Positions 1 to 9,007 are shown, counted from the stretch's first letter. The stretch is DNA of 28,685 nucleotides from Nitrospiraceae bacterium (GCA_050246315.1 JBFWWG010000023.1:1-28685), one strand, 5' to 3'. Notes: generated by a model from the sequence alone, not told the origin. Program-made: numbers and translations.

Positions 1-124
1 CTGTCGGATGAGGGGCAAACCCCGACGAAGACGCTTGCGGACCATCTGATTCCCACTTGATTGCCCGTGTTGACCAACCCATGAATAGCTCGCTCAGTGT
101 AAACGTGAATTAATCAGACCTTCC

Positions 125-3100
125 CTAGATGGATGTGGGCCTGCGCCGCAGATCGAGGGTAAGGGGAAAGTCTCGATTCCGCTCTTCAGGCTGAACGGTC
201 ATCGGACCGGGTGTGTGGCCGTAAGGCCAGAACCGAGCGCCGCGTCGGGCCTCGGCTTCGTTTGCGTTGACCGGAAAGGAAGGAGGGTTCCGTCCTCCCG
301 GATGCATCACATGGTAGGTACAGCCGCCGATCGCACGGCCGGTCCAGGTATCCACGAGATCGAACACCAGCGGGGCCTGCACCGGAATCGTCGGGTGCAG
401 AGCTGAAGGCGGTTGCCAGGCCCGGAAGCGGACTCCCGCGACGAATTCCCCGCGCGTCCCGGTCGGATGGAGCGGGATCGGACGACCATTGCACGTCACG
501 ATGTGGCGTGTCTCCGTCATGCCATTGACCTTGATCTGCACCCGCTCCACGGAAGAATCCACATAGCGCGCCGTGGCACCGGCCGCTACTTCTTCTCCCA
601 ACACGTGCCATGGTTCGATCGCCTGCCGCAGTTCCAGCTCAATATTGTCGTAGACCACGCTCCCGTATCGGGGAAAGCGAAACTCAAAAAACGGTGCGAA
701 CCAGTCGGCGCGAAAGGCATATCCACTAACTTGCAAATCCCGCAGGACGTCGTTCATGTCGTGAGAGACGAAATGCGGCAGCATGAACCGATCGTGGAGT
801 TCGGTTCCCCAGCGCACCACCTGAGCCTGATAGGGTTGCTTCCAGAACTTCGCGACGAGGGCGCGCAACAACAACATTTGTGAGAGGCTCATGCGGGGAT
901 GAGGCGGCATTTCAAAGGCCCGGAATTCCACTAAACCCAGACGTCCCATCGCGGAATCCGGCGAGTAGAGTTTGTCGATGGAGAATTCCGCGCGGTGCGT
1001 GTTGCCCGTCAAATCCACGAGCAAGTGCCGCAGCAAGCGGTCCACAAGCCAGGGCGTCGGAGTGTCCTGTCCGGCAGTTTGCTTGGCCGCCATTTGTTGG
1101 AACGCAATCTCGAGTTCATACAGGTGGTCATGACGGGCTTCATCCACCCTGGGCGCCTGGCTGGTCGGCCCCACAAACATGCCTGAGAAGAAGTAAGACA
1201 ATCCAGGATGATTTAGCCAGTAGGTGGTGAGGCTTCTGAGTAAATCCGGCCGGCGCAACATCGGACTGTCCGCCGGGGTAAGGCCGCCTAAAGTGACATG
1301 GTTTCCGCCGCCCGTGCCGGTATGACGCCCATCGAGCATGAACTTTTCCGTGCCCAACCGTGACTGACGTGCTTCCTCGTAGAGGATGTGCGTGTTGCTC
1401 ACCAGGTCGTCCCAGGTTTTGGCCGGGTGGACATTGACTTCAATGACGCCTGGATCGGGAGTCACTTTGAAGGACTGCACTCGATGATCATAGGAAGGCG
1501 GATAGCCCTCCACCCACAGCGGGCTTTGTAACTCAGCGGCAGTCTCCTCAACCGCGCTGACCAGATCGAGATAGTCTTCCAGGTAGGACTGAGGCGGCAT
1601 GAACACGTGCAGTCGTCCCTCTCGAACTTCGACACAGAGGGCGGTCCGAAGCACAGCCTGAGCCGATTCACCCACCGCCCATGTCCTATTGAGCGCGAGT
1701 TGGAGTTGATCGGGTACATCTGCTGCGCGTAGTCGAGATCCGACCGGTCCTAATGGCTCTCGCGCTTCCAGTGGGTCTTGTTCTAGGTCGATCTCAAGGT
1801 CTTCCGGCGCCACCCACGGCAGCGAGGTCAAGGGTAGCCGATAGCCCATCGGGGAATCTCCCGGTAACAGGTACAATCGCCCGCGCTTGAGCGGCCATGG
1901 GCCGAAGATCCATCGGGCTTTACGCGGACCCGAGTTGCGGAGTGCCGGCGCCGTCACTGCTTTCAGAGGCAAGACATAGCCGGCCACTTCCCCCAATCCT
2001 CGATCCAGCAAACGCGCCAAGGTATGCCGCTGTGCCGGATCCTTAAGGTCCTGTTGGAGCGGGTCCACATTGACCGGCAGCCTCTGTTCCTCCATGAGGT
2101 AATGCCAGACATCTTCATAGGCAGGGATGGTAAAGGCGGAATCGAGATGCAGCCGTTCGGCCAAACGGGCCGCAAACTTCTGTGCGTGATCCGCCGAATA
2201 GCCGTAAGAAACTGTTTCGTCGGCAATCAATGTCGGATCGTGCCAGACCGGTTCGCCATCCAGCCGCCAGTAACAGCCCAATGCCCACCGAGGCAGCGCT
2301 TCACCGGGATACCACTTGCCCTGGCCATAGTGCAGCAGCCCGCCCGGTGCAAAACGGTTCTTTAGACGTTTGAGGAGATCTCCGGCAAGCCTGCGTTTGG
2401 TGGGACCCAGCGCCTCGGTATTCCACTCGGCCCCCTCCATATCGTCGATCGAGACGAACGTCGGCTCGCCTCCCATCGTGAGCCGCACGTCGCCGGCACG
2501 CAAATCGGCATCGACCTGGAGACCCAGCGCCACGATGGCCTGCCATTGTTCATCGGTATAGGGCTTCGTCACACGCGGATCCTCGTGTATCCGTGTCACG
2601 GCCATGCGGAAGTCCAGCATGGACTCGCAGACACCCGTACTTCCGATTACGGGCGCGGCGCTGGATGGAGAGGCCGTGCAGGCCAAGGGGATATGTCCTT
2701 CTCCTGCCAGTAAGCCGGACGTCGGGTCGAGTCCGACCCAGCCGGCTCCCGGAATGTAGACCTCCGCCCAAGCATGGAGATCGGTAAAATCCTGTTTGGG
2801 TCCGGCCGGTCCGTCGAGAGGCTTCACATCGGCGACCAGTTGAATGAGATACCCGGACGCAAACCGGGCCGCAAGGCCAAAATTCCTCAAAATCTGCACC
2901 AGCAGCCAGCCGCTGTCGCGGCATGAGCCGCGGCCGAGGCGCAATGTTTCCTCGCAACTCTGCACACCTGGCTCAAGCCGGACAATATAGGCGATCTCCT
3001 TTTGAATACGCTGATTGAGTCGGACCAGAAAGTCGGTGGTTGCATTCGATTCGCCGCGATCAGCAAACGTGAATCGCGCAAGCCAGGCGCTGAGCAGCGG

Positions 3101-3472
3101 ACCGCAGGGTTCCACTTCGAGAAAGGGCGCCAGTTCCTTGGCCAACTGCGGCGAATACGCAAAGGGAACCAGCTCGGCAGAGGGCTCGATGAAAAAGTCG
3201 AACGGGTTGATCACCGTCATGTCGGCGACCAGATCCACCACGACCTGCAGCTCGGTCGCTCGCTCAGGAAAGACGAGGCGCGCCAGGTAGTTGCCGTAGG
3301 GGTCCTGCTGCCAGTTGATGAAATGATCGGCGGGCCGAACGTTCAGCGAATAGCTCTGAATGCGGGTTCTGCAATGGGGGGCGGGACGCAGACGGATTTC
3401 ATGCGGGGAGAGGCTCACCGCCCGATCGAAATGATAATGGGTCGTGTGATTCAGTGCGACCCGAATACTCAT
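125..3472 (-). CDS. Transglutaminase family protein with C-terminal DUF2126 (putative amidoligase) region, 1115 aa
   Basis: N-terminal bacterial transglutaminase-associated domain (IRLRPAPHCRT, WQQDPYGNY). Catalytic motifs GSCRDS, DLHAWAEVY and GWVGLDPTSG. DUF2126 signatures RLTMGGEPTFVS, VTPDPGVIEVN, GTGGGNH and GNTHRAEF. Confidence 0.93.
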   Translation of the reverse strand: MSIRVALNHTTHYHFDRAVSLSPHEIRLRPAPHCRTRIQSYSLNVRPADHFINWQQDPYGNYLARLVFPERATELQVVVDLVADMTVINPFDFFIEPSAELVPFAYSPQLAKELAPFLEVEPCGPLLSAWLARFTFADRGESNATTDFLVRLNQRIQKEIAYIVRLEPGVQSCEETLRLGRGSCRDSGWLLVQILRNFGLAARFASGYLIQLVADVKPLDGPAGPKQDFTDLHAWAEVYIPGAGWVGLDPTSGLLAGEGHIPLACTASPSSAAPVIGSTGVCESMLDFRMAVTRIHEDPRVTKPYTDEQWQAIVALGLQVDADLRAGDVRLTMGGEPTFVSIDDMEGAEWNTEALGPTKRRLAGDLLKRLKNRFAPGGLLHYGQGKWYPGEALPRWALGCYWRLDGEPVWHDPTLIADETVSYGYSADHAQKFAARLAERLHLDSAFTIPAYEDVWHYLMEEQRLPVNVDPLQQDLKDPAQRHTLARLLDRGLGEVAGYVLPLKAVTAPALRNSGPRKARWIFGPWPLKRGRLYLLPGDSPMGYRLPLTSLPWVAPEDLEIDLEQDPLEAREPLGPVGSRLRAADVPDQLQLALNRTWAVGESAQAVLRTALCVEVREGRLHVFMPPQSYLEDYLDLVSAVEETAAELQSPLWVEGYPPSYDHRVQSFKVTPDPGVIEVNVHPAKTWDDLVSNTHILYEEARQSRLGTEKFMLDGRHTGTGGGNHVTLGGLTPADSPMLRRPDLLRSLTTYWLNHPGLSYFFSGMFVGPTSQAPRVDEARHDHLYELEIAFQQMAAKQTAGQDTPTPWLVDRLLRHLLVDLTGNTHRAEFSIDKLYSPDSAMGRLGLVEFRAFEMPPHPRMSLSQMLLLRALVAKFWKQPYQAQVVRWGTELHDRFMLPHFVSHDMNDVLRDLQVSGYAFRADWFAPFFEFRFPRYGSVVYDNIELELRQAIEPWHVLGEEVAAGATARYVDSSVERVQIKVNGMTETRHIVTCNGRPIPLHPTGTRGEFVAGVRFRAWQPPSALHPTIPVQAPLVFDLVDTWTGRAIGGCTYHVMHPGGRNPPSFPVNANEAEARRGARFWPYGHTPGPMTVQPEERNRDFPLTLDLRRRPTSI

Positions 3473-3476
3473 CCCA

Positions 3477-4205
3477 TCAATTGTCCCAATACGGATCGGG
3501 CAGATCGCTGAACAGCCGCTTCAACCCAGCCCCCCATTGCTCTCGCACCTTGTCGAAATAGGAGTCATGGTCCCAGAGTCGCCGTTGCAACCCGACTTTG
3601 AGGCTGTCCCGTTCATAGCACAGGAGGTCGATCGGCGGACCGACGGAAATATTGCTGCGCATGGTCGAATCGAACGAGATCAGGACGCATTTCGCCGCCT
3701 CCATTAGGCCGGTCGAATAGGTGATGACTCGATCGATGATGGGCTTCCCGTACTTGATTTCCCCGTTCTGACAGTAGGGCGTATCCGGAGTGGCTTCAAT
3801 GAAATTGCCTTCCGTATAGATGTTGAACAACCGGTGCCGCTCGCCACAGACCTGCCCTCCCAGAATAAACCCGGCACTGGCGTCAATATTGTGTTGCATC
3901 AGATACGGCCCGTCTCGCTTGTGCACCTCGCGCAGGGTCTCTCCGACCAGACAAGCCACCTCGTAGAGGGACCCGGTGTTCAGAATATTCTGCTGGTTCA
4001 TGTATGCTCGCTGTTCTAATAGAGCGATCACTCCCTGGGTCACGGCAAGATTCCCGGAAGTCAGGATGACGATCACCCGATCACCGGGCCGCTCAAACAC
4101 CGTCATTTTTCGAAAATTACCGATTTGATCCACGCCGGCGTTGGTCCGTGAATCCGACGCAAGCACCAAGCCCGAATCCAGCATCACCCCCACACAATAC
4201 GTCAT
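3477..4205 (-). CDS. Proteasome-type Ntn protease (Anbu), 242 aa
   Basis: MTYCVG..LVLASDSRTNAGVD start gives the N-terminal Thr nucleophile after Met removal. Also SGNLA, YTEGNFIEAT and SFDSTMRSNISVGPPIDL. ATG at 4205 is preferred over GTG at 4211 because GAGGGG lies 5 nt upstream. Stop is 4 nt before the transglutaminase start. Confidence 0.92.
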   Translation of the reverse strand: MTYCVGVMLDSGLVLASDSRTNAGVDQIGNFRKMTVFERPGDRVIVILTSGNLAVTQGVIALLEQRAYMNQQNILNTGSLYEVACLVGETLREVHKRDGPYLMQHNIDASAGFILGGQVCGERHRLFNIYTEGNFIEATPDTPYCQNGEIKYGKPIIDRVITYSTGLMEAAKCVLISFDSTMRSNISVGPPIDLLCYERDSLKVGLQRRLWDHDSYFDKVREQWGAGLKRLFSDLPDPYWDN

Positions 4206-4290
4206 CTTCACCCCTCACTATTCGGAAAAGGCCGGAACCGCGCTCGGTCGTCTCTCGCGACTCTGGGTAGAACCGGCGCCCAGGTAATCG

Positions 4291-4320
4291 AGCGTAGATT
4301 ACGCCTCTCCGGACCGTCAA
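4291..4320 (-). promoter_or_regulatory. Possible sigma70 promoter for the Anbu-transglutaminase operon
   Basis: TTGACG (4320-4315), 18-nt spacer, TACGCT (4296-4291) on the minus strand. Confidence 0.35.
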
Positions 4321-4326
4321 GACAAC

Positions 4327-4485
4327 TCAGCAATTGATCGTGGCGCCCTTTCGGTCGAGCAACTCGGCGATGTCTTCAATCGGCCACCCATCAGTAGTAG
4401 TTCGGCATTGCACGGCGGGTGGCGCCCGTCGCCTTTGATGCACTCTCGCTTGCGCGTCGAACAGGGTAGCAACAGGAGCATGAGC
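4327..4485 (-). pseudogene. Degenerate C-terminal fragment of an IS1-family-like transposase
   Basis: Translation ...ARVHQRRRAPPAVQCRTTTDGWPIEDIAELLD resembles the C-terminal pattern YNF.R.H.TLR.TPAM.AG.TD..W.IEEI..LL that I recall from IS1-family DDE transposases. No upstream part is visible. Confidence 0.4.
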
Positions 4486-4608
4486 TATGATACACATGGA
4501 CACCGTAGAAGACGAGTACGGCTTTCCCTTGACCGGGTGCCCTAGGCTGCATGACACGAGGACACCGGCCGCGGGTACCTCGCTGATCGGTCCCGATGCG
4601 CACCCTGC

Positions 4609-4755
4609 GAGGATATTGGAAGGGTTCGCCAGCCTGGTACCCAGCCGCTGAGTGATCGCCGCGCGCAGAGGTTAGACGTACGGCAAAGGGCGCACATCGC
4701 CCTCTTGCCGCGGTGCAGGCCTTCTCACTCGCCGTAATGGATTTTCAGCTGGCTG
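4609..4755 (+). repeat. Degenerate copy of the MITE/REP-like intergenic repeat
   Basis: 4609-4633 matches 12072-12096 at 18/25 nt, and 4656-4682 matches 12104-12130 at 21/27 nt (manual alignment). The right boundary is approximate. Confidence 0.6.
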
Positions 4756-5496
4756 CCGACTCCGGTCAGGACCGCTCGTCGCGTTCGGCCCATTTCATCA
4801 AGGTCGAACCAGGGACGTGGAGTCGCGAGGAATGGTTGGAGACGTGAAGCAGTCCGTGTGCCGACCGAGCGGCGAGTCCGCCTGCCGACACATGTCCTGG
4901 AAGCCGCATATTGGCTTGTCGCTGCGCCGAAACGGAGAAGCGGTTGCTCCCCTCTTGCACCAGGTCAACGCAGCAGCAACGCATCCTGAATGATGCAGGC
5001 TAAGAGTCCATCATTCACAACGCAGGCAACTTTCCTGGGAGGCCACCTTATTTCGACTTCAACCGGCCATTCGACATGGAACAGCCGCATTCGGTTGGCT
5101 ATAAATCATTCAGTGACCTCATACCCACCCTTCGTCAGCGGGACACTCGTTGCTTTTGAGTGGCAACGAGTCGCACGGTGGGTGCAGGAGATATCATCAT
5201 GAATAATGCCGGATCGGATGGGGACACGTTCAGGAGTATTCCACCTCTTTTCGAGATTTGTCCGATACGCTAAGAAGAACGGCGTACCCTCTGCGGCCGA
5301 TTTGAACTTCGTTTTGCCTACTGCTTGCCGTTCGATCCGGACGGAACGGTTTTGCAGGCCCGCTCGATTGATATATCCCAACTGCAGCTCCTGACCGCCA
5401 CAGGGACCTCCGACACACAGGGAGGCCCGCCTCTTTTCCGACGGTTCAGGAGCCACAAAGCTTCACTCACCGGTCCGAGACGTTGACGAGGATTTT

Positions 5497-6810
5497 GTGA
5501 CCGATATCGCAATACAAGCCGTACATCTGGCGAAGGCGTATCAGATGGGGACGCGGTTGGATGCATCCGGCTCCCTGGCCGAGCGGGTTACACAACTGGT
5601 GTCGTCGGTGTTCCGCAATCGTGCGAATGCCTCCAGTGCGACACACGGACAACAGTCGCTCTGGGCGCTCAAGGACGTGTCATTTGAGATCCCGCGCAGC
5701 CATGTCTTGGGGATCATCGGCCGGAACGGATCAGGCAAAAGTACCCTACTGAAAATTCTGTCCAGGGTGACGGAGCCGACGTCCGGGCGGGCGGTCGTAC
5801 GCGGACGGGTCGGCACCCTTCTGGAAGTGGGGACGGGCTTCCATCCCGAGCTGACCGGGCGGGACAATATCTATCTCACCGGCAGCATTCTCGGCATGAA
5901 GCGGCGAGAGATCCGCAAGAAGTTTGACGAAATCGTCGCCTTCTCCGGTGTCGAGCAATTTCTCGATACGCCGGTCAAACGCTATTCCAGCGGCATGCAC
6001 GTACGGCTGGCCTTCGCGGTCGGGGCGCACCTGGACCCGGAGATCCTGCTCGTGGACGAGGCTCTAGCTGTGGGCGATCTCCAGTTCCAAAAGAAGTGCA
6101 TGCAGAAGATGCAGGACCTCGGGTCAATGGGACAGACCATCGTGCTCGTGTCGCACGACATGCAGGCCATGAGCCGACTTTGCGATCGGGTGCTGCTGCT
6201 GGAGAAAGGGCGGCTGGTGGCAGACGGGCCGGCGCACCAGGTCGTCTCATCCTACCTGCATGGAGCGTTCGAGGATTGGTCCTTCAGGGAGTGGCCAGAC
6301 CTGATGACCGCCCCCGGCGACAATACGATGAAGCTGTGCAGTATCCGGATAAAGAATTGTGACGGAGACCTCACGGACACCATCGACGTGCGCGAGGGTT
6401 TTGCGGTTGAGATGGAATATGAGGTGCTGCGTCCCTGCTCGCCTGTGACACCAAGCGTGACGATCACAAACGAACAGGGCGTGGACCTGTTCGAAACATT
6501 CGATCTCGATCCGCAATGGCGGGGATCGGTCCGGCCGGTCGGTCGCTTCGTGGGAACGGCTTGGATTCCGGGGAATCTCCTGACCGAGGGGACGTTCTTC
6601 GTAAGTCCGAGCGCCTTCTGTCAAGAACCCTTCCACGTGCATTTTTTCGAACGGCAGGCGGCGGGGTTTTCCGTCGTGGATCCCCTGGCCGGCGACTCGG
6701 CGAGGGGAGACTTTAGCGGACAGATGCGCGGCCTCGTGAGACCCCTGGTCGAATGGACCAATCGGTTCGAGCCCACAGGTTCAAGGAACGCTGCCGGTTC
6801 CCGTCGCTGA
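5497..6810 (+). CDS. Polysaccharide/O-antigen ABC exporter ATP-binding subunit (Wzt/RfbB-like) with C-terminal Wzt_C-like domain
   Basis: WALKDVSFEI, Walker A GRNGSGKST, LLEVGTGFHPELTGRDN, signature YSSGMHVRLAF, Walker B ILLVDE and VSHD, plus a C-terminal extension of about 180 aa. GAGGA precedes the GTG start. Confidence 0.92.
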   Translation: MTDIAIQAVHLAKAYQMGTRLDASGSLAERVTQLVSSVFRNRANASSATHGQQSLWALKDVSFEIPRSHVLGIIGRNGSGKSTLLKILSRVTEPTSGRAVVRGRVGTLLEVGTGFHPELTGRDNIYLTGSILGMKRREIRKKFDEIVAFSGVEQFLDTPVKRYSSGMHVRLAFAVGAHLDPEILLVDEALAVGDLQFQKKCMQKMQDLGSMGQTIVLVSHDMQAMSRLCDRVLLLEKGRLVADGPAHQVVSSYLHGAFEDWSFREWPDLMTAPGDNTMKLCSIRIKNCDGDLTDTIDVREGFAVEMEYEVLRPCSPVTPSVTITNEQGVDLFETFDLDPQWRGSVRPVGRFVGTAWIPGNLLTEGTFFVSPSAFCQEPFHVHFFERQAAGFSVVDPLAGDSARGDFSGQMRGLVRPLVEWTNRFEPTGSRNAAGSRR

Positions 6811-6834
6811 CCTTCCCCCGGTCCACAGTCGCTT

Positions 6835-7389
6835 TCATCGATCGGCTTCCGACAGCAATGACCGAAACATGATGAAGGCATCCTGGTAGGTCGCGTGATT
6901 TTTCCGCACAGCGCCCGGGATCGTCCCGATCACACGGAACCCCAGCTTCTCCCATAACCGTCGCGCAACGTCATTCTCCGAAAATACGAGATTGAACAGC
7001 ACGCTGCGATACCCCAAGGACTTGGCATGGTCAAGCATCACCACGCCGAGCAGCCACCCTAGACCACGATTGCGCCACTCCGGCGCCACGATAAAGCCGG
7101 CATTCGCCACATGCCTTGCACGCCCGGGCCAATTGGGTTTCAGGTAAAAGGCGCCAAGCAGATCAGCCTTGTCCTTCCGCGGCCGCTCGTAGGCCACGAC
7201 CGTGCTCTTGCCCCGCACCCAATAATCCTGAAACTGATCTGGATTCAGCGGTCGGTCGTGAGGATAGGACGTGCCCTCTGACACGATCCGCTCATAGAGC
7301 GCAGCCAGCGCCGGCCAATCCCGATGATCCGCCAGGATCAGTTCCACCGGCGTTCCGTCCTTCAACTTGGCTTCGATGGGGAATTGCAT
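6835..7389 (-). CDS. GNAT N-acetyltransferase, Mpr1 (azetidine-2-carboxylate acetyltransferase)-like
   Basis: FYLKPNWPGRARHVANAGFIV, acetyl-CoA motif RNRGLG and FNLVFSEN..A..LWEKLGF match the Mpr1-like GNAT pattern. Confidence 0.85.
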   Translation of the reverse strand: MQFPIEAKLKDGTPVELILADHRDWPALAALYERIVSEGTSYPHDRPLNPDQFQDYWVRGKSTVVAYERPRKDKADLLGAFYLKPNWPGRARHVANAGFIVAPEWRNRGLGWLLGVVMLDHAKSLGYRSVLFNLVFSENDVARRLWEKLGFRVIGTIPGAVRKNHATYQDAFIMFRSLLSEADR

Positions 7390-7407
7390 CGGACTGGACG
7401 ATGACTT

Positions 7408-7992
7408 TTATTGGAAAATGAACTGTTTAAAGTTACTCCTTATCGCCATGATATCTGATTCCTTTGAGAACCGATTGAAGTACGGTGAGAGAAGGAATTT
7501 GTCATTGACGACCCGACCGTTAGGATGGATTCCATAGTTATAGACGATCTCTTTCCAGCAAATCTTGGTAACGGCTGCCAATGCCAAATAACCCATTATC
7601 CAAACTTTAGGAACCTTCGCGATTAGCGGAGCGAGATGGGTTGATTGGGATACAAGTTTGGATCTGTGCTGTTTCGCAAGTTTGCTCTCAAGTCGGATCA
7701 GATCCTGATCCATCTGGCAGCGTATCGCGTGATCGAACAAGAACCCGGCGTCCCGGAAAGCCTCACGGGTTGCCGAGGACATCAGCTTGTGCTGAACGAG
7801 GGCAGGCAATAATCGCTTCCTAACCTCAACCAGATCACGCATGTATTCCTGAATTGGATCATAACAGTAAGGCTTCCCAGGACTTCCAGGATTCTCGCCG
7901 ACGATCAGACACTGGAGTTCCTGTGGAAACCAATCAGTGGCAACGCGGCACCGATCAAATGGATGTCCCATGCCACCACACTTCATTTCCAT
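7408..7992 (-). CDS. Hypothetical protein, possible divergent uracil-DNA-glycosylase-superfamily fold
   Basis: LIVGENPG resembles UDG motif A (GE[A/G]PG). FDHAIRC sits at the position of TN.VKC, and PKVWIMGYLA resembles P..I..LG..A. Sampled lines are 40-47% GC. Confidence 0.55.
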   Translation of the reverse strand: MEMKCGGMGHPFDRCRVATDWFPQELQCLIVGENPGSPGKPYCYDPIQEYMRDLVEVRKRLLPALVQHKLMSSATREAFRDAGFLFDHAIRCQMDQDLIRLESKLAKQHRSKLVSQSTHLAPLIAKVPKVWIMGYLALAAVTKICWKEIVYNYGIHPNGRVVNDKFLLSPYFNRFSKESDIMAIRSNFKQFIFQ

Positions 7993-8191
7993 GATCAGTG
8001 AAGCAGTTCCTGTTTGTTAGTCCATCACCTTGCGGGCACCAGTAAAAGATACGATAAAAGCTACCTGAAATCGAATCCTCAGATATGTTGGCAAGGCGCC
8101 TGCCTGATCCGCAACCTGCGCGAGTTCACCGAGCAGTGTCTGGCTTAACACTCTTTCAGAGATTGTGTGCTGGCTTTTCCGGGAATGGCAG

Positions 8192-8290
8192 CCGTGTCGC
8201 TCCTACTGCGCCCGTGGAGGGAGCACCGCCCGTTACTTCACAATCTGATTAATCCTGCGTGCGCACTCCGAGAGCACAGGAGTAACACGG
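8192..8290. repeat. About 100-nt irregular hairpin element (REP/MITE-like or structured RNA)
   Basis: ccgtgtcgctcct (8192-8204) pairs with aggagtaacacgg (8278-8290): 11 Watson-Crick pairs plus 1 G-U out of 13. Inner ggag/ctcc and gcac/gtgc pairings continue the stem. Confidence 0.5.
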
Positions 8291-8368
8291 GTGTCGTTAC
8301 GCCGATTTCTCAGGTGCGTTCGCCGACCTGCTGACGTGCGAGATCCACATCTTCTCCTGTGGGAGAAG

Positions 8369-8662
8369 CTAGATGAGCTTCAATCGTTTGGCTGCTGTCA
8401 AATACGCTTCTTCGTTCCTGCGATAACCAATGGAGATCACATAGACCTCCACATGGTCTTCTCGAATTTGGTACACTACCCGAAATTCAGCGACCTTCAG
8501 CTTCCAGAATCCTTTGAGATCTCCGGCGAGAGGGTTTCCAAACTGGGCAGGACTAATGGTGAGTTTCTTCCGGATGGTGCGGATCAATCGCTGCTGGTCG
8601 GCTCGGCCGATCTTGCGAAAGTCTTCGCCAGAAATCTTGGCGTCGAGGACGCCCCTGTACAC
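8369..8662 (-). CDS. Type II toxin, RelE/ParE superfamily (RelE-like)
   Basis: 97 aa and basic. P..FGNPL.GDLKGFWKLKVAEFRVVYQI and V.VISIGYRR..Y match RelE-type motifs. Starts 5 nt after the antitoxin stop. Confidence 0.88.
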   Translation of the reverse strand: MYRGVLDAKISGEDFRKIGRADQQRLIRTIRKKLTISPAQFGNPLAGDLKGFWKLKVAEFRVVYQIREDHVEVYVISIGYRRNEEAYLTAAKRLKLI

Positions 8663-8667
8663 CGTGG

Positions 8668-8946
8668 TCAGCGGACTCCGACTCGACGCTCAGCTTCCTC
8701 AAGCGAAACTGTTTTACGGCTGCGGCGGGAGGCTCGCTTGTTGGCTTGATGACCGAGAACGAGGTCTTCCAAACGTTCTGTGACTGCTCGCATGCGAAGA
8801 TAGTCGGCATAGTGGATGATGACCCCCACGGGTCTTTGTTTCCTCGTCACGATGACGTTGTGACGGCGTAGTTGCTTCACAAGTCGAGAGCCTTCTCTTC
8901 CCAACCGTGCAACACCGACAGTGGAATCTTCTTTGAGACGCAACAC
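8668..8946 (-). CDS. Type II antitoxin, Phd/YefM family, about 92 aa
   Basis: VIVTRKQRPVGVIIHYADY matches the Phd motif V.ITR.G.P.AVL.....Y, and the C-terminus is KTVSLEEA. GTG at 8946 has GGAGGA 8 nt upstream, so the ORF-track start at 9114 is too long. Confidence 0.85.
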   Translation of the reverse strand: MLRLKEDSTVGVARLGREGSRLVKQLRRHNVIVTRKQRPVGVIIHYADYLRMRAVTERLEDLVLGHQANKRASRRSRKTVSLEEAERRVGVR

Positions 8947-8978
8947 CCCTTCACTCCTCCATAAATGCTCGCGGAGTA

Positions 8979-9007
8979 AGTGTACAGGGCTAAGGAGGAA
9001 CGTGCAA
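8979..9007 (-). promoter_or_regulatory. sigma70 promoter of the TA operon
   Basis: TTGCAC (9007-9002), 17-nt spacer, TACACT (8984-8979), ending about 30 nt upstream of the antitoxin start. Confidence 0.6.

Noticed and set aside
5106..5456. 116-aa minus-strand ORF, plus neighbouring short ORFs at 4766-5652
   Set aside because: No recognisable motif or RBS, and several mutually overlapping ORFs; none can be supported as a gene.
8089..8103. GG-N10-GC sigma54-like motif on the plus strand
   Set aside because: No plausible plus-strand gene downstream, and the -12 element is weak.
8351..8368. 7-bp hairpin directly after the RelE stop
   Set aside because: No U-tract on the minus strand, so it is not called as an intrinsic terminator.
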